In this document: positions 45,748 to 59,283 of the stretch, piece after piece
Layout of the letters: each line of letters starts with the position of its first letter
Position numbering within the stretch: the stretch's first letter is position 1
Source of the DNA: Acidimicrobiia bacterium
GTDB lineage: Bacteria; Actinomycetota; Acidimicrobiia; IMCC26256; JACDBD01
Assembly (NCBI GenBank): GCA_035316025.1
Contig: DATFXL010000070.1
Span: 7,547-71,546 of the forward strand
Length of the DNA: 64,000 nt
Reading direction: 5' to 3'
Made by a program: the position numbers and the translations under genes
Notes under the pieces: generated by a model
Databases searched by the model: none
What the model was told of the DNA's origin: nothing
The model's input: the letters and a program-made list of their open reading frames with translations, nothing else

Positions 45748-45981
45748 ATGAACCGTGGGTTCGGCGAGGCGCTGGCGCAGGCGTTCGAGTTCGCGGCGAT
45801 CCCGACCCTGTTCGCGGCCTTCGGCTGGTGGCTCGACGACCGACTGGGCACCTCCCCGGCGTTCCTCGTGGCGCTGGCTGTGTTCGGGTTCGTGGGCGTG
45901 TGCCTCCGCACGATGTTCTTCTATTTGGCCAAGACGCAGAAGGAAGAGGAGGGCAAGCCGTGGACCCGGCGCCCCCGGTAG
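45748..45981 (+). CDS. AtpZ/AtpI-family small membrane protein
   Basis: MNRGFGEALAQAFEFAAIPTLFAAFGWWLD, with two TM helices. It is the first gene of the atp cluster. Alternative GTG starts exist at 45682 and 45688. Confidence 0.6.
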   Translation: MNRGFGEALAQAFEFAAIPTLFAAFGWWLDDRLGTSPAFLVALAVFGFVGVCLRTMFFYLAKTQKEEEGKPWTRRPR

Positions 45982-46405
45982 AGCGACGGATCGCGACCGA
46001 CCTCGTCCGTCGCGGGCTGATGGTCGCTCCCGCGATCGTTCTCGTCGCCGGTCTGGCTCGGGGAGTGGACGGAGCGGCCAGCGCCGCCCTCGGTCTCGGT
46101 GTCCTCGTCCTGAACTTCTTCGCCTCCGCGGCCATGCTCGAGTGGGGAGCGCGCCGCGGGGGCAACACGCTCTTTGCCGTCGCGCTCGGCGGCTTCCTCC
46201 TCCGGATGGTGTCGATCCTCGTCGTGATCCTCGCCGCCCGGGCGCTGTTCGGATGGGTCGACGTCGTCGTCCTGGCCTTGACACTGTTCGTCACCCATCT
46301 CGGGCTCCTGTTCTGGGAGCTACGCTCCGTCAGCTTCTCGCTCGCCTCTCCCGGGCTGCAGCGTGATCGTCCCACCCCCGTGAGCGCACGAAAGGAAGCC
46401 GCGCC

Positions 46406-46409
<4 letters not shown>
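45960..46409 (+). CDS. atpI: ATP synthase protein I-like membrane protein
   Basis: GTG at 45960. About 149 aa with four hydrophobic helices. Its end overlaps the atpB start. The start codon is uncertain. Confidence 0.55.
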
Positions 46410-47450
<1,041 letters not shown>

Positions 47451-47458
47451 GAGTCACC

Positions 47459-48142
47459 ATGCGGATCCGAGTCTTTTTCGCCGCCGCCGCGATCGCCCTC
47501 GCGGGCGTCGTCGTCACGCCCGCGATCGCTCAGGCCAAGGTCCAGGCCAAGCCGGCGGGCTCCGCGGAGGAGGACTGCATCAAGCTCCTCGAGGAAGGCA
47601 AGAAGATCGACGACTGCCAGAAGGCGCCGAGCCTGATCCTCCCGGAGACGAACGAGATCGTCTGGGGTGGGCTCGCGTTCGTGGTGCTCCTCGTGCTCAT
47701 GTGGAAGTTCGCGCTTCCTCCGGTCCGGAACATGATGAAGCAGCGCGAGGACCGCATCCGCGACGACCTCGAGCGGGCGGAGCACGCGCGCACCGAGGCC
47801 GAGGAGGAGCTCGCCAACTACCGCCGGCAGGTCGCCGACGCCCGCAGCGATGCGTCGCGCATCCTCGAGGAGGCGCGCGAGTCCGCCGACGAGGTGAAGC
47901 GCCAGATCCAGGCGCAGGCCGAGGCGGAAGCGGCCGAGATCCGCAGCCGGGCCCAGGAGGACATCCGGTTCGCGGCCGACCGCGCCCAGGCCGACCTCCA
48001 GCACCGGGTCGCGGAGCTGTCGATCGAGCTCGCCGAGAAGATCGTCGAGCGCAACCTCGATCGCGACACGCAGCTCGCGCTCGTCGAGAGCTATATCGGC
48101 CAGGTCGCCAGCGGCAACGGAAGCGGAAACGGGAGCCGGTAA
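47459..48142 (+). CDS. atpF: F0F1 ATP synthase subunit b (long form with an extended N-terminus)
   Basis: N-terminal hydrophobic segments followed by a long charged coiled coil (REDRIRDDLERAEHARTEAEEEL...). Confidence 0.85.
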   Translation: MRIRVFFAAAAIALAGVVVTPAIAQAKVQAKPAGSAEEDCIKLLEEGKKIDDCQKAPSLILPETNEIVWGGLAFVVLLVLMWKFALPPVRNMMKQREDRIRDDLERAEHARTEAEEELANYRRQVADARSDASRILEEARESADEVKRQIQAQAEAEAAEIRSRAQEDIRFAADRAQADLQHRVAELSIELAEKIVERNLDRDTQLALVESYIGQVASGNGSGNGSR

Positions 48143-48147
48143 CAGGC

Positions 48148-48678
48148 ATGGCCGAGTCCGAACGCGTCGAGGCGTACGCGCAGGCGTTCTACCGGATCGC
48201 CCGGGCCGAACAGCAGGGGACCGCGGTCGAGGACGACCTCTTCCGCTTCGCGCGCGCTCTCGAAGCCAACGACGAGCTGCGAGGCGTGCTCGGCGACCCG
48301 TCCCTCCCCGCCGAACGACGGATCGCCGTCGTCGAGGAGCTCATGGGCGGGGTCGCGATGCCCGTGAGCGTGGGGCTGGTGTCGATGGTCGTCGGCTCCG
48401 AGCGGGCGGGCGAGCTGCCGGCCGTCGTCGACCGGTTCCTCGACCTGTCGGCCGCAGAACGCCGCCACGACGTGGCGGAGGTCCGGGCCGCCATGCCGCT
48501 CGACGACCGGCTTCGCCAGCGTCTGGCGAAGGCGCTCAGCGACGCCACCGGCAAGGAAGTCGAGGTGAAGGTGGTCGTCGATCCCAGCGTGCTCGGCGGG
48601 ATCGTCGCCCGGATCGGCGACACCGTCATCGACGGGACCGTGCGCCACCGGTTGGAGCAACTCAAGGAACGAATCTGA
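48148..48678 (+). CDS. atpH: F0F1 ATP synthase subunit delta
   Basis: ATG at 48148. OSCP-family C-terminus (VDPSVLGGIVARIGDTVIDGTVRHRLEQL). Confidence 0.9.
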   Translation: MAESERVEAYAQAFYRIARAEQQGTAVEDDLFRFARALEANDELRGVLGDPSLPAERRIAVVEELMGGVAMPVSVGLVSMVVGSERAGELPAVVDRFLDLSAAERRHDVAEVRAAMPLDDRLRQRLAKALSDATGKEVEVKVVVDPSVLGGIVARIGDTVIDGTVRHRLEQLKERI

Positions 48679-48704
48679 CGGGATGAACGGAAAGTACGCA
48701 TCGC

Positions 48705-50300
48705 ATGGCTGAGCTGTCCATCAACGCCGACCAGATCGCAGAGGCGCTGCGCAAGCACGTCGGCGGCTTCCAGGCCGAGGTCGAGAAGGCGCGCGTCGGG
48801 CGAGTCCTCGAAGTCGGTGACGGAATCGCCCGCGTCTCGGGCCTGCCCGACACGGCCGTCAACGAGCTGCTCGAGTTCGAGGGCGGCACGCTCGGGCTGG
48901 CGCTGAACCTCGACGAGGACTCGATCGGCGCCGTCGTTCTCGGTGAGGCGGACGAGGTCGAAGAGGGCGACACCGTGCAGGAGACGGGCCGGATCCTGTC
49001 CGTCCCCGTCGGCGACGTGATGCTCGGCCGCGTCGTGAACTCGCTCGGCCAGCCGATCGACGGCAAGGGCCCGATCAGCACCGACGCGTACCGGCGGCTC
49101 GAGATCCAGGCCCCGGGCATCGTCGCCCGCCGTCCGGTCCACGAGCCGTTGCAGAGCGGCATCAAGGCCATCGACGCGATGACGCCCGTCGGCCGGGGTC
49201 AGCGCGAGCTGATCATCGGTGACCGCAAGACGGGGAAGACCACGGTGGCGGTCGACACGATCCTGAACCAGCGCGGCCAGGGCGTGAAGTGCATCTACGT
49301 CGCCGTGGGCCAGAAGGGCTCCACGGTCGCCCAGACCGTGGCGACCCTCGAGTCGCACGGGGCGATGGAGTACACGGTCGTGGTCAACGCACCCGCCGCC
49401 GACCCGTCGGTGTTCAAGTACCTGGCGCCGTACGCGGGCTGTGCCATGGGCCAGCACTGGATGGATAACGGCGAGGCGGCGCTCGTCGTGTACGACGACC
49501 TGTCGAAGCAGGCTGAGGCGTACCGCCAGCTGTCACTGCTGCTGCGCCGCCCGCCCGGTCGCGAGGCGTATCCGGGCGACGTCTTCTACCTCCACTCCCG
49601 TCTGCTCGAGCGCGCGGCCAAGCTCGACGACCAGCGCGGCGGCGGCTCCCTCACGGCGTTGCCGATCATCGAGACGAAAGCCGGTGACATCTCGGCGTAC
49701 ATCCCGACGAACGTGATCTCGATCACCGACGGCCAGATCTATCTGATCGACGACCTCTTCAAGGCGGGAGTCCGGCCGGCTGTCGACGTCGGCATCTCGG
49801 TGTCACGGGTCGGCGGCGACGCCCAGATCAAGGCGATGAAGTCCGTCGCCGGGACGTTGAAGATCGACCTGGCCCAGTTCCGCGACTTGGAGGCCTTCGC
49901 CACCTTCGGCTCGGAGCTCGACCGCGTTTCGCAGGCGCAGCTCGACCGGGGCCACCGCCTGACCGAGTTGTTGAAGCAGCCCCTGCACTCGCCGTTGCCG
50001 GTCGAGCTCCAGGTGGTGTCGATCTTCGTCGGGACGCAGGGGTACCTCGACGACCTGCCGGTCGAAGACGTCCGGCGCTTCGAGAGCGAGCTCCACGACT
50101 ACGTCCGGACGCGCCACTCCGACCTGCTGGCCGAGATCCGCGACACGGGGCAGATGCCCGAGGAGGCGCGGCTCAAGGAGGCGGTGGAGGAGTTCAAGTC
50201 GATGTTCCAGCCGTCCGACGCGTCCGAGGCGACGATGGAAGCGCTCGAGGGGGAACCGGTCCCGGATCCCGAATCCGAGAAGACGCTGGCGACGGAGTGA
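48705..50300 (+). CDS. atpA: F0F1 ATP synthase subunit alpha
   Basis: Walker A GDRKTGKT, plus [41 protein letters not shown]. Confidence 0.97.
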   Translation: MAELSINADQIAEALRKHVGGFQAEVEKARVGRVLEVGDGIARVSGLPDTAVNELLEFEGGTLGLALNLDEDSIGAVVLGEADEVEEGDTVQETGRILSVPVGDVMLGRVVNSLGQPIDGKGPISTDAYRRLEIQAPGIVARRPVHEPLQSGIKAIDAMTPVGRGQRELIIGDRKTGKTTVAVDTILNQRGQGVKCIYVAVGQKGSTVAQTVATLESHGAMEYTVVVNAPAADPSVFKYLAPYAGCAMGQHWMDNGEAALVVYDDLSKQAEAYRQLSLLLRRPPGREAYPGDVFYLHSRLLERAAKLDDQRGGGSLTALPIIETKAGDISAYIPTNVISITDGQIYLIDDLFKAGVRPAVDVGISVSRVGGDAQIKAMKSVAGTLKIDLAQFRDLEAFATFGSELDRVSQAQLDRGHRLTELLKQPLHSPLPVELQVVSIFVGTQGYLDDLPVEDVRRFESELHDYVRTRHSDLLAEIRDTGQMPEEARLKEAVEEFKSMFQPSDASEATMEALEGEPVPDPESEKTLATE

Positions 50301-50320
50301 ACGAAGGGCCGAGGTAGCGG

Positions 50321-51292
50321 ATGGCGGGCGGTCAGGAGCGAACCCTCCGGCGGCGCATTCGAAGCGTCCAGTCCACCAAGAAGATCACGCGGGCGATGGA
50401 GCTCATCTCCGCCAGCCGCATCGTACGCGCGCAGGCGCGGGTCGAGGCGGCGGTCCCGTACAGCGAGCAGATCACCGAGGTTGTCCACGACATCGCCGAC
50501 GCCGGCGGCGCTGTCGAGAGCCCGCTCCTCGTTCCCCGGCCCGAGACGCGACGTGTGGCGCACATCGTGGTCGCCGCCGACCGGGGCCTGTGCGGTGCGT
50601 ACAACTCGTCGATCCTGCGCGCCGCCGAGGGGGAGATCCAGGAGCACCGAGAGCTGGGGCGCGAGTCCGTCCTGTACGTGGTGGGCCGCAAGGGCGAGAG
50701 CTACTTCCGGTTCCGCAACCACCCGACGGCGGCGACGTTCACCGGGTTCAGCGACCAGCCCTCGTACGAGGACGCGCGCGTCATCGCCGGGGCCGTCGCT
50801 GGTCCCTTCCTGGCCGGCGAGATCGACCTGGTGCAGGTCATCTACACCCGGTTCGTCACGGTGGGCTTCCAGGAGGTCGTCGTGCGGCCGTTGATGCCCC
50901 TCGACGTCGAGACCCTGAGCGGCGAGGAGGAGGAGCGCCGGGTCGACCAGGACGGCCCAGGCGCGCGTGCCGCATACGAGTTCGAGCCCGGTCCGGAGGC
51001 GATCCTCGAGCGCCTCCTCCCGCGCTACGTCGAAGCGCGCGTGTTCGCCGCACTGCTGAACGCCGCCGCGTCCGAGCACGCCGCCCGTCAGCGGGCGATG
51101 AAGGCGGCGACCGACAATGCCGACGAGCTCATCGTCGGTCTCACACGCGTGATGAACCGGGCCCGCCAGGACGCCATCACCACCGAGATCACGGAGATCG
51201 TGGGCGGCGCCGAGGCGCTCCGTCAGCTCGGCGGGCAGGGAGGCGAGGAGCCCTTCGGCGAGGACCTGCGGGTCCGCGCCTACGCAGAATGA
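50321..51292 (+). CDS. atpG: F0F1 ATP synthase subunit gamma
   Basis: IRSVQSTKKITRAMELISASR N-terminal helix and TEITEIVGGAEAL C-terminal helix. Confidence 0.95.
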   Translation: MAGGQERTLRRRIRSVQSTKKITRAMELISASRIVRAQARVEAAVPYSEQITEVVHDIADAGGAVESPLLVPRPETRRVAHIVVAADRGLCGAYNSSILRAAEGEIQEHRELGRESVLYVVGRKGESYFRFRNHPTAATFTGFSDQPSYEDARVIAGAVAGPFLAGEIDLVQVIYTRFVTVGFQEVVVRPLMPLDVETLSGEEEERRVDQDGPGARAAYEFEPGPEAILERLLPRYVEARVFAALLNAAASEHAARQRAMKAATDNADELIVGLTRVMNRARQDAITTEITEIVGGAEALRQLGGQGGEEPFGEDLRVRAYAE

Positions 51293-52780
<1,488 letters not shown>

Positions 52781-52784
52781 ACGG

Positions 52785-53186
52785 GTGCCGCTCACCGTCG
52801 ACGTCGTCTCGCCCGAGCGGGTCCTCTACACCGGCGAAGCCGACATGGTCGTGTGCCGCACCTCGGAGGGCGAGATCGCGTTTCTCCCCGGTCACGCGCC
52901 ATTCCTCGGCGCGCTGGGGATCGGCGTGGTGCGAAGCCTGCTTCCGCGTGAGGGCGAGCAGGCCGTCGCCGTGCACGGTGGCTTCGTCGAGGTGTCGAAC
53001 GACCATGTGATCGTCCTCTCCGACGTGGCCGAGCTCGCCGAGAGCATCGATGTCGATCGTGCCCGCCGCGCAAAGCAGCGGGCGGAAGACCGACTGAACG
53101 CCGATCCCGACGCCGAGGACGCCCAAGCGGCGTTGCTGCGCGCGAACACCCGTCTCGAAGTGGCGGGGGCGGCCGAGCACGCCTAG
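52785..53186 (+). CDS. atpC: F0F1 ATP synthase subunit epsilon
   Basis: 133 aa. N-terminal beta-sandwich (VDVVSPERVLYTGEADMVV) and a C-terminal helical hairpin. Confidence 0.9.
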   Translation: MPLTVDVVSPERVLYTGEADMVVCRTSEGEIAFLPGHAPFLGALGIGVVRSLLPREGEQAVAVHGGFVEVSNDHVIVLSDVAELAESIDVDRARRAKQRAEDRLNADPDAEDAQAALLRANTRLEVAGAAEHA

Positions 53187-53226
53187 CCGCCTCTCCGGCG
53201 ATCGTCGCGCCGCGTACCGTTTCGCC

Positions 53227-54132
53227 GTGCGCCGGCTCCCTCCGCTGATGGTCGCGATCACGCTCGTCGTCGCGTTGTGGGGCGGCGACGCGTTCGCCGC
53301 CGATCGGCGCGACCTCAGCGCCTACCGCGGGCTCGGGACGTGGGTGGACGTCTTCGACTACGTGCCCGCGTTCCAGAGAGCGGGAGACACGCCGGCGGTC
53401 ACGACGGCGAGTTTCGACGACATGGCCCGTCTCGGCGTGAAGACCGTCTACCTACAGGCCGCGCAGGACGACGAACGTTCACCGGGCGACACGATCGACC
53501 CGAAGCTGTTGGGCCGCATGCTGCAAGCCGCGCACAAGGCCGACCTGCGCGTCGTCGCGTGGTACCTGCCCCACTTCTCCGACGTGAACGCGGACCTGCG
53601 GCGTCTGCGCGCCCTGATGTCGTTCAAGTCCAACGGCCAACAGTTCGACGGCGTCGCCGTCGACATCGAGTACAACCGCGACGTCACCGACACCAACGAT
53701 CGCAACACCGCGCTCATCGATCTCTCGAGACGCCTGCGCCGCGCCGCCGACGACCGTCCCGTGGGCGCGATCGTGCTCGAGCCGGTGTTCCTCGAGGTCG
53801 TCAGTCCCGACTATTGGCCCCAGTTCCCATGGCGGAGGTTGTCCTCGCTGTACGACGTGTGGCTGCCGACGTCGTACTGGACGAACCGCAGCGCCGACTC
53901 GGGCTACAAGGAAGGCTTCAAGTACACGGACGAGAACATCCGCGGGCTCCGCGAGAACCTCGGGGACAAGAACGCCCCTGTTCACGCCGTGGGCGGGATC
54001 GCGGACTCCGCGCTCCCCAAGGACGAGGCGGGATTCCTGCGCGCCGCCAAGAAGGACCGCGCTATCGGTTGGTCGATGTACGACTACAACACCACGGTCA
54101 GCTCGGCCTGGCCCACCCTCCGGAAGGGCTAA
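53227..54132 (+). CDS. Secreted protein with a glycoside-hydrolase-like TIM-barrel pattern (function unknown)
   Basis: Signal peptide ([25 protein letters not shown]). Alternating beta-strand motifs ([36 protein letters not shown]). The family assignment is only my recollection of GHL/DUF4015-type proteins. Confidence 0.5.
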   Translation: MRRLPPLMVAITLVVALWGGDAFAADRRDLSAYRGLGTWVDVFDYVPAFQRAGDTPAVTTASFDDMARLGVKTVYLQAAQDDERSPGDTIDPKLLGRMLQAAHKADLRVVAWYLPHFSDVNADLRRLRALMSFKSNGQQFDGVAVDIEYNRDVTDTNDRNTALIDLSRRLRRAADDRPVGAIVLEPVFLEVVSPDYWPQFPWRRLSSLYDVWLPTSYWTNRSADSGYKEGFKYTDENIRGLRENLGDKNAPVHAVGGIADSALPKDEAGFLRAAKKDRAIGWSMYDYNTTVSSAWPTLRKG

Positions 54133-55118
54133 TCGAACTTGACCGACGAATAGCGCATGAGCTTGTGCCACCGGTGGCGGGAGTCGATGGTGCGGATCGT
54201 GCCCGACTTCGACCGCATCACCAACGAGTGCGTCCGGGCGCCGTCACCGAAGTACCGGACGCCGCGGAGCAACTCACCGTCGGTCACGCCGGTGGCAGAG
54301 AAGAACACGTCATCGCCCGAGACGAGGTCGTCGGTGGTGAGCACCCGGGTGAGGTCGTAACCGGCCTCGGTCGCGGCGCGGCGCTCGTGGTCGTTGCGCG
54401 GCCAGAGCCGGCCCTGGATGGCGCCGCCCAGGCACTTCAACGCGCACGCGGCGATGACCCCCTCGGGGGTGCCGCCGATGCCGAAGAGGATGTTGGCGCC
54501 GCTCTCGGACCAGGCGGTCGAGATCGCGCCGGCGACGTCCCCGTCGGGGATGAGCCGGATGCGGGCGCCGGCCTCGCGGCACTCCTTGATGATGTCGGCA
54601 TGCCGGTCCCGGTCGAGGATCACCGCGGTGACGTCATCGACGTCCTCACCCAGTGCCTTGGCGACGGCCTGCAGGTTGTGTGTGACAGAGGCGTCGAGGT
54701 CGATCGCCTCGGCCGCCTCCGGCCCGACGGCGATCTTTTCCATGTAGACGCACGGCCCGGGATCGAACATGGTCCCCCGCTCCGACAACGCGATCACCGC
54801 GATCGCGTTCGGACGGCCGAGGGCGGTGAGGGTGGTGCCGTCGATCGGATCGACGGCGATGTCGCACCCGGGTCCGCCCGCCCCGATCTGCTCGCCGTTG
54901 TAGAGCATCGGCGCCTCGTCCTTTTCGCCCTCGCCGATGACGACGATGCCGTCCATCGAGACGTTGTTCACGACGAGCCGCATGGCGTCGACGGCGGCCT
55001 GGTCGGCGGCTTCCTTGTCGCCCCGGCCCATCCACCGCCCGGCGGCGAGTGCCGCCGCCTCCGTGACTCGAGCCAGCTCCATGGCCAGGTTGCGATCAGG
55101 GGCCTGCGCCTGCTCCAT
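54129..55118 (-). CDS. glpX: Class II fructose-1,6-bisphosphatase
   Basis: [37 protein letters not shown]. 329 aa. The + strand ORF across this interval is an antisense artefact. Confidence 0.92.
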   Translation of the reverse strand: MEQAQAPDRNLAMELARVTEAAALAAGRWMGRGDKEAADQAAVDAMRLVVNNVSMDGIVVIGEGEKDEAPMLYNGEQIGAGGPGCDIAVDPIDGTTLTALGRPNAIAVIALSERGTMFDPGPCVYMEKIAVGPEAAEAIDLDASVTHNLQAVAKALGEDVDDVTAVILDRDRHADIIKECREAGARIRLIPDGDVAGAISTAWSESGANILFGIGGTPEGVIAACALKCLGGAIQGRLWPRNDHERRAATEAGYDLTRVLTTDDLVSGDDVFFSATGVTDGELLRGVRYFGDGARTHSLVMRSKSGTIRTIDSRHRWHKLMRYSSVKFD

Positions 55119-55211
55119 CTGGGGACTGTACCCGGGAACGTGTTCCAGAAGGGACGGTGTCCGAGTACCGCACCCGCGATCCCACCAACCGCGGGCGGTA
55201 CCGTGGGCGCG

Positions 55212-56843
55212 GTGACCACGTCACGCGACCGCTGGCGGGCAGCGTTCGAGCGCAGCAACCGGCGCGAAGCCGACTTCGACACCATGTCGGGGCTGCCCCT
55301 CGCGCCGGTCTACGGGCCCGACGACGGGGAGTTCCCCGGCGAGTGGCCGTACACGCGCGGTCCGTACGCGTCGATGTACCGATCGAAGCTGTGGACGATG
55401 CGGATGTTCGCCGGCTTCGGCACCGCGCCCGACACCAACCGCCGGTTCCGGGAGCTCCTCGCCGCCGGCGGCGACGGGCTCTCGACCGCCTTTGACCTGC
55501 CCACCCTCATGGGGCGCGATTCGGACGATCCCCAATCGCTCGGCGAGGTCGGCAAGTGCGGCGTCGCGATCGACACGCTCGCCGACATGGAAGACCTCTA
55601 CCGCGACATCGACCTCTCGAAGGTCACGACGTCGATGACGATCAACTCGCCGGCCGCGATCCTGCTCGCGATGTACGTGACCGTCGGCGAGCGCGGCGGC
55701 GCGTTCCGGCGCGACCTCGGTGGCACGCTCCAGAACGACATCCTCAAGGAGTACCAAGCGCAGAAAGAGTTCATCTTCCCGCCCCGCCCGTCGATGCGGA
55801 TCGTCGCCGACACGATGCGCTTCTGCACCGCAGAGATGCCGCGGTGGCACCCGATCTCGGTTTCCGGCTACCACATCCGTGAAGCCGGGAGCACCGCGGC
55901 TCAGGAGCTTGCCTTCACGCTGGCAAACGGGTTCGCGTACGTCGAGGCGGGGACGGCGGCGGGGCTGGCCGTCGACGACTTCGCGCCCCGTTTGTCGTTC
56001 TTCTTCAACGCGCACATCGACTTCTTCGAAGAGATCGCCAAATACAGAGCTGCGCGACACATCTGGGCCCGGTGGATGCGGGACCGCTACGGCGCCCGGG
56101 CCGAGCGTTCGCTCCAACTCCGCTTCCACGCCCAGACCGCGGGCGTGTCGCTCACCGCGCAGCAACCCGAGGTAAACGTCGTCCGGACGGCGATCGAAGC
56201 GCTCGCCGGCGTGCTCGGCGGCACGCAGAGCCTCCACACGAACTCGATGGACGAGGTGCTCGCGCTCCCGACGGAGAACGCGGCGCGGCTCGCGCTGCGA
56301 ACTCAGCAGGTCGTCGCGTACGAGACCCGCGTCGCGAACGTCGCCGACCCGCTGGGCGGGTCGTGGTTCGTCGAGGAGCTGACGGACGAGATGGAGCGGC
56401 AAGCGGAGGTGGTCTTCGCGCACCTGGACCGCCTGGGCGACGGCTCGCTCCTCGAGGGCGTCTTCCGCGCGATCGAATCGGGGTGGTTCCAGAGCGAGAT
56501 CGCCGAGTCGGCCTACGAGCTCGAGCGCAAGGTGAACGACGGCCGCCACCTCGTCGTGGGCGTCAACGTGGCGACGCAGGGCGGCGACGAGGTGCCGGAG
56601 ATCCTGCGCATCGGTCCTGAGGTCGAGGAGACACAGCTGAAACGGCTGGCCCGCGTGAAGGCCGACCGCGACGATGCCGCAGTCGATCTCGCGCTGGCGC
56701 GCGTGCGGAGCGTCGCCGCCGAGCCCGACCTCAACCTCGTGCCGAGCTTCCTCGAGGCGGTATCGACGCAGGCGACGGTGGGTGAGATCGTCGGCGCACT
56801 GGCCGATGTGTTCGGCCGCCATCGCGAACATCCCGTCATCTGA
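55212..56843 (+). CDS. Acyl-CoA (methylmalonyl/isobutyryl-type) mutase large catalytic subunit, no B12-binding domain
   Basis: GTG at 55212 (alternative 55203). Has [36 protein letters not shown] and [10 protein letters not shown]. It ends at about 543 aa, without the C-terminal cobalamin-binding domain. Confidence 0.85.
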   Translation: MTTSRDRWRAAFERSNRREADFDTMSGLPLAPVYGPDDGEFPGEWPYTRGPYASMYRSKLWTMRMFAGFGTAPDTNRRFRELLAAGGDGLSTAFDLPTLMGRDSDDPQSLGEVGKCGVAIDTLADMEDLYRDIDLSKVTTSMTINSPAAILLAMYVTVGERGGAFRRDLGGTLQNDILKEYQAQKEFIFPPRPSMRIVADTMRFCTAEMPRWHPISVSGYHIREAGSTAAQELAFTLANGFAYVEAGTAAGLAVDDFAPRLSFFFNAHIDFFEEIAKYRAARHIWARWMRDRYGARAERSLQLRFHAQTAGVSLTAQQPEVNVVRTAIEALAGVLGGTQSLHTNSMDEVLALPTENAARLALRTQQVVAYETRVANVADPLGGSWFVEELTDEMERQAEVVFAHLDRLGDGSLLEGVFRAIESGWFQSEIAESAYELERKVNDGRHLVVGVNVATQGGDEVPEILRIGPEVEETQLKRLARVKADRDDAAVDLALARVRSVAAEPDLNLVPSFLEAVSTQATVGEIVGALADVFGRHREHPVI

Positions 56844-56845
56844 GG

Positions 56846-57463
56846 ATGGACGTCCGTCTCCTGGAGGTCGCGCGGACGGCCAAGGGCTTCATGCCCGACG
56901 ACGAGGGGCTCGCCCTCCACGGCGTGGGGCTCGCGGCTGCGTCCGTCGGTCCGCTGCTCGAGATCGGCAGCTACTGCGGCAAGTCGGCGGTGTACCTGGG
57001 TGCAGCGGCGCAAACGGGCGACACGGTGCTCTTCAGCGTCGACCACCACCGAGGCTCCGAGGAGAACCAGGCCGGGTGGGAGCACCACGACACCGACCTC
57101 GTCGACCCCGACACCGGGCGCATGGACACGTTTCCGTTCTTCCGGCGCACGATCGAGCGCGCCGGACTGGAAGACGCGGTCATCGCCGTCGTCGGAGACT
57201 CGTCCACGGTCGCCGCGCACTGGCGGACGCCGCTCGGCCTCGTCTTCGTCGACGGCGGCCACGCCTTCGACGTCGCACTCGCCGATTACGAGTCGTGGTC
57301 GCCCCACCTCGCACCGGGCGGCGTGCTCGTCTTCCACGACGTGTTCGAGGACCCTCGCGACGGCGGGCAGGCGCCGTTCGAGGTCTGGAAGCGCGCCGTC
57401 GCGTCTGGCGAGTTCACCTCCGTCTCGGCGACGGGCAGCCTGCGCGTGCTGCGACGGAAGTGA
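56846..57463 (+). CDS. Class I SAM-dependent methyltransferase (O-methyltransferase/Methyltransf_24-like)
   Basis: LEIGSYCGKSAVYL SAM-binding motif, and VFVDGGH with VLVFHD typical of cation-dependent OMT-like enzymes. It starts 3 nt after the mutase stop. Confidence 0.75.
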   Translation: MDVRLLEVARTAKGFMPDDEGLALHGVGLAAASVGPLLEIGSYCGKSAVYLGAAAQTGDTVLFSVDHHRGSEENQAGWEHHDTDLVDPDTGRMDTFPFFRRTIERAGLEDAVIAVVGDSSTVAAHWRTPLGLVFVDGGHAFDVALADYESWSPHLAPGGVLVFHDVFEDPRDGGQAPFEVWKRAVASGEFTSVSATGSLRVLRRK

Positions 57464-57472
57464 CGCTTCGAG

Positions 57473-58573
57473 CTAATCGCGCTTGCGCGCCATCTCCTCT
57501 TCGATCGCGGCGCCGGCTGCGAGCAGTTCGGCCGGCGTGAGGCCGAGGGGGAGACCCTCGCCGCGGAAGAACCCCGCCGTCGGGCCGTCGCCGGCCAGCG
57601 CGTTGGCGGCGAGCACGACCGCGGCCGAGTTCCACGTCGGCTGCTCGACCGGGAAGAGCTCGCCGCCGCGGTCGAAGTCGTCGCGGTCGAAGTTGGCACC
57701 GGTCCAGTAGCCACCGCCGTCGGCGCGCAGGAACTGGACCCAGCCGAGGAGCTCGCGCGCCTCGTCGTGGGCACCGATCGCGTCGAGCGCCATGACGAGC
57801 TCGCACGTCTCGGCGGCGGTCACCCACGGCCGGTCGGAGACGCAACGCGCGCCGCGGCCCTCGACGACGAACGTGGTCCAGCCGGCCGCGATCCGCGCGT
57901 GCGCGGCGTGGCCGCGCAGGACGCCGCCGAGGACGGGGTAGTACCAGTCCATCGCCCAGCGGCCCTTGTCGAGGAAGACGTCGGGCCGGTGCGCGACGGC
58001 GATGGCGAGAGACCCGAGCGAGAGCTCCCAGTCCGGGCGCTCGTGACCGAGGTGCTCGGCGACCGCGATGGCGCATCGCAGGCTGGCATGGAGGCTCGAC
58101 GAGCCGGTGAGGAGGGCGCCGTCGTCCGGGTCGTCGCCCCGCCAGGCGATCTCGCCCGTCTCCGTCTGGTAGTCGAGCGTGTAGTCGATGGCGCGCTCGA
58201 CGACGGGCCAGAAGTCGTCGAGGAAGGCGCGGTCGCGCGTCGTCAGGTAGTGGTGCCAAGCGCCGTTCGCGATGTAGCACGTGACGTTGGTGTCGAGCGT
58301 CCGGTCCTTGACGGCGTCGCCGACGTAGTACGCGTGCCAGGCTCCGTCCCGGCGCTGCCGGATGCGGAGCCACTCGTACGCCCGCTCGGCCTCGGCGTGG
58401 CGGCCGCCCACGTCGAGCGCCATCGCCGCTTCCACCAGGTTCCAGGGGTCCGTGTGGTGGCCGGGGATCCACGGGATGTTGCCGTCTGGTAGCTGGACGG
58501 CGGCGATCGCGTCGACCGTCGCCGCCAACTCGTCGGCGGTCACGATTCCTTCGACGGTGGACAGCGTGTTCAT
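57473..58573 (-). CDS. Prenyltransferase/squalene-oxidase-repeat (terpene-cyclase alpha/alpha-barrel fold) protein
   Basis: Starts at the internal ATG 58573..58571 (MNTLSTVEG). Has several QW-like repeats (QLPDGNIPW, RQRRDGAW, QTETGEIAW, RADGGGYW) and a DDPDDGA stretch resembling the class II DxDD(T/G)A motif. Its start overlaps the stop of the upstream methyltransferase. Confidence 0.7.
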   Translation of the reverse strand: MNTLSTVEGIVTADELAATVDAIAAVQLPDGNIPWIPGHHTDPWNLVEAAMALDVGGRHAEAERAYEWLRIRQRRDGAWHAYYVGDAVKDRTLDTNVTCYIANGAWHHYLTTRDRAFLDDFWPVVERAIDYTLDYQTETGEIAWRGDDPDDGALLTGSSSLHASLRCAIAVAEHLGHERPDWELSLGSLAIAVAHRPDVFLDKGRWAMDWYYPVLGGVLRGHAAHARIAAGWTTFVVEGRGARCVSDRPWVTAAETCELVMALDAIGAHDEARELLGWVQFLRADGGGYWTGANFDRDDFDRGGELFPVEQPTWNSAAVVLAANALAGDGPTAGFFRGEGLPLGLTPAELLAAGAAIEEEMARKRD

Positions 58574-59283
58574 GGGAGCTTCTCCGTATAGACGACGAGG
58601 CTCTTCCCGAGCACCGGGTTCAGCGTCCGGTCGAGCACCCGGGCCCAGCGCGGGCGGTTGGTCAACTCCCATACGAGGAAGTCGTGGTACTTGCGCACCG
58701 GCAATGCGTCGGCGTTGTCGACCCCGACCGCGCACTTGAGCATCCAGTACGGCGAGTGCAGGGCGTGCGCGTGGTGCGAGCCGCGCAACACCAACCCGGC
58801 CCGCAGGACCTTGGCCTCGAGCTCGGGCTGGTGGTAGATCCGGACGTGCCCCCCGGGGGTGTCGTGGTACCGGTGGTCGAGTGCCCAACAGACGCGCTCC
58901 GGCCACCGGGTCGGAACGGTGACGGCCATGCGCCCGCCGGGCCGCAGCACGCGCACGAGCTCTCCCAGCGCGCGCTCGTCGTCGGGGATGTGTTCGAGCA
59001 CCTCGGCCGCGATCACGCGATCGAAAGACTCGTCGGGGAAGGGCAACGTGAGCGCGTCGCCGTTGACCATGCCGCCCGCAGGCCCGTGCGGCAGCTCACC
59101 GGCGTCGACCATGCCCCCGGCGACGGCGGACGCGTCCTTGAGCTCGGCGGCGTCGGCGTCGAGGGCGACGACGACGGCGCCCCGCCGCATGGCCTCGAAC
59201 GCGTGCCGTCCGCCGCCGCATCCGAGGTCGAGGAGGGTTTGCCGGTCGCGCAGATCGAGACGATCGAAGTCGACGGTCAGCAT
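58570..59283 (-). CDS. Class I SAM-dependent methyltransferase (Methyltransf_11-like)
   Basis: Starts at the internal ATG 59283 (MLTVDFDRLD). SAM motif LLDLGCGGGRH, with acidic loop VVALD and LRPGGRM. It is coupled to both neighbours by overlapping stop/start codons. Confidence 0.8.
   Translation of the reverse strand: MLTVDFDRLDLRDRQTLLDLGCGGGRHAFEAMRRGAVVVALDADAAELKDASAVAGGMVDAGELPHGPAGGMVNGDALTLPFPDESFDRVIAAEVLEHIPDDERALGELVRVLRPGGRMAVTVPTRWPERVCWALDHRYHDTPGGHVRIYHQPELEAKVLRAGLVLRGSHHAHALHSPYWMLKCAVGVDNADALPVRKYHDFLVWELTNRPRWARVLDRTLNPVLGKSLVVYTEKLP

Noticed and set aside
53277-55200. 5' two-thirds of the 1188-aa + strand ORF 53277..56843
   Set aside because: It overlaps the secreted protein in another frame and is antisense to glpX. 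Only the last part (from GTG 55212) matches acyl-CoA mutase.
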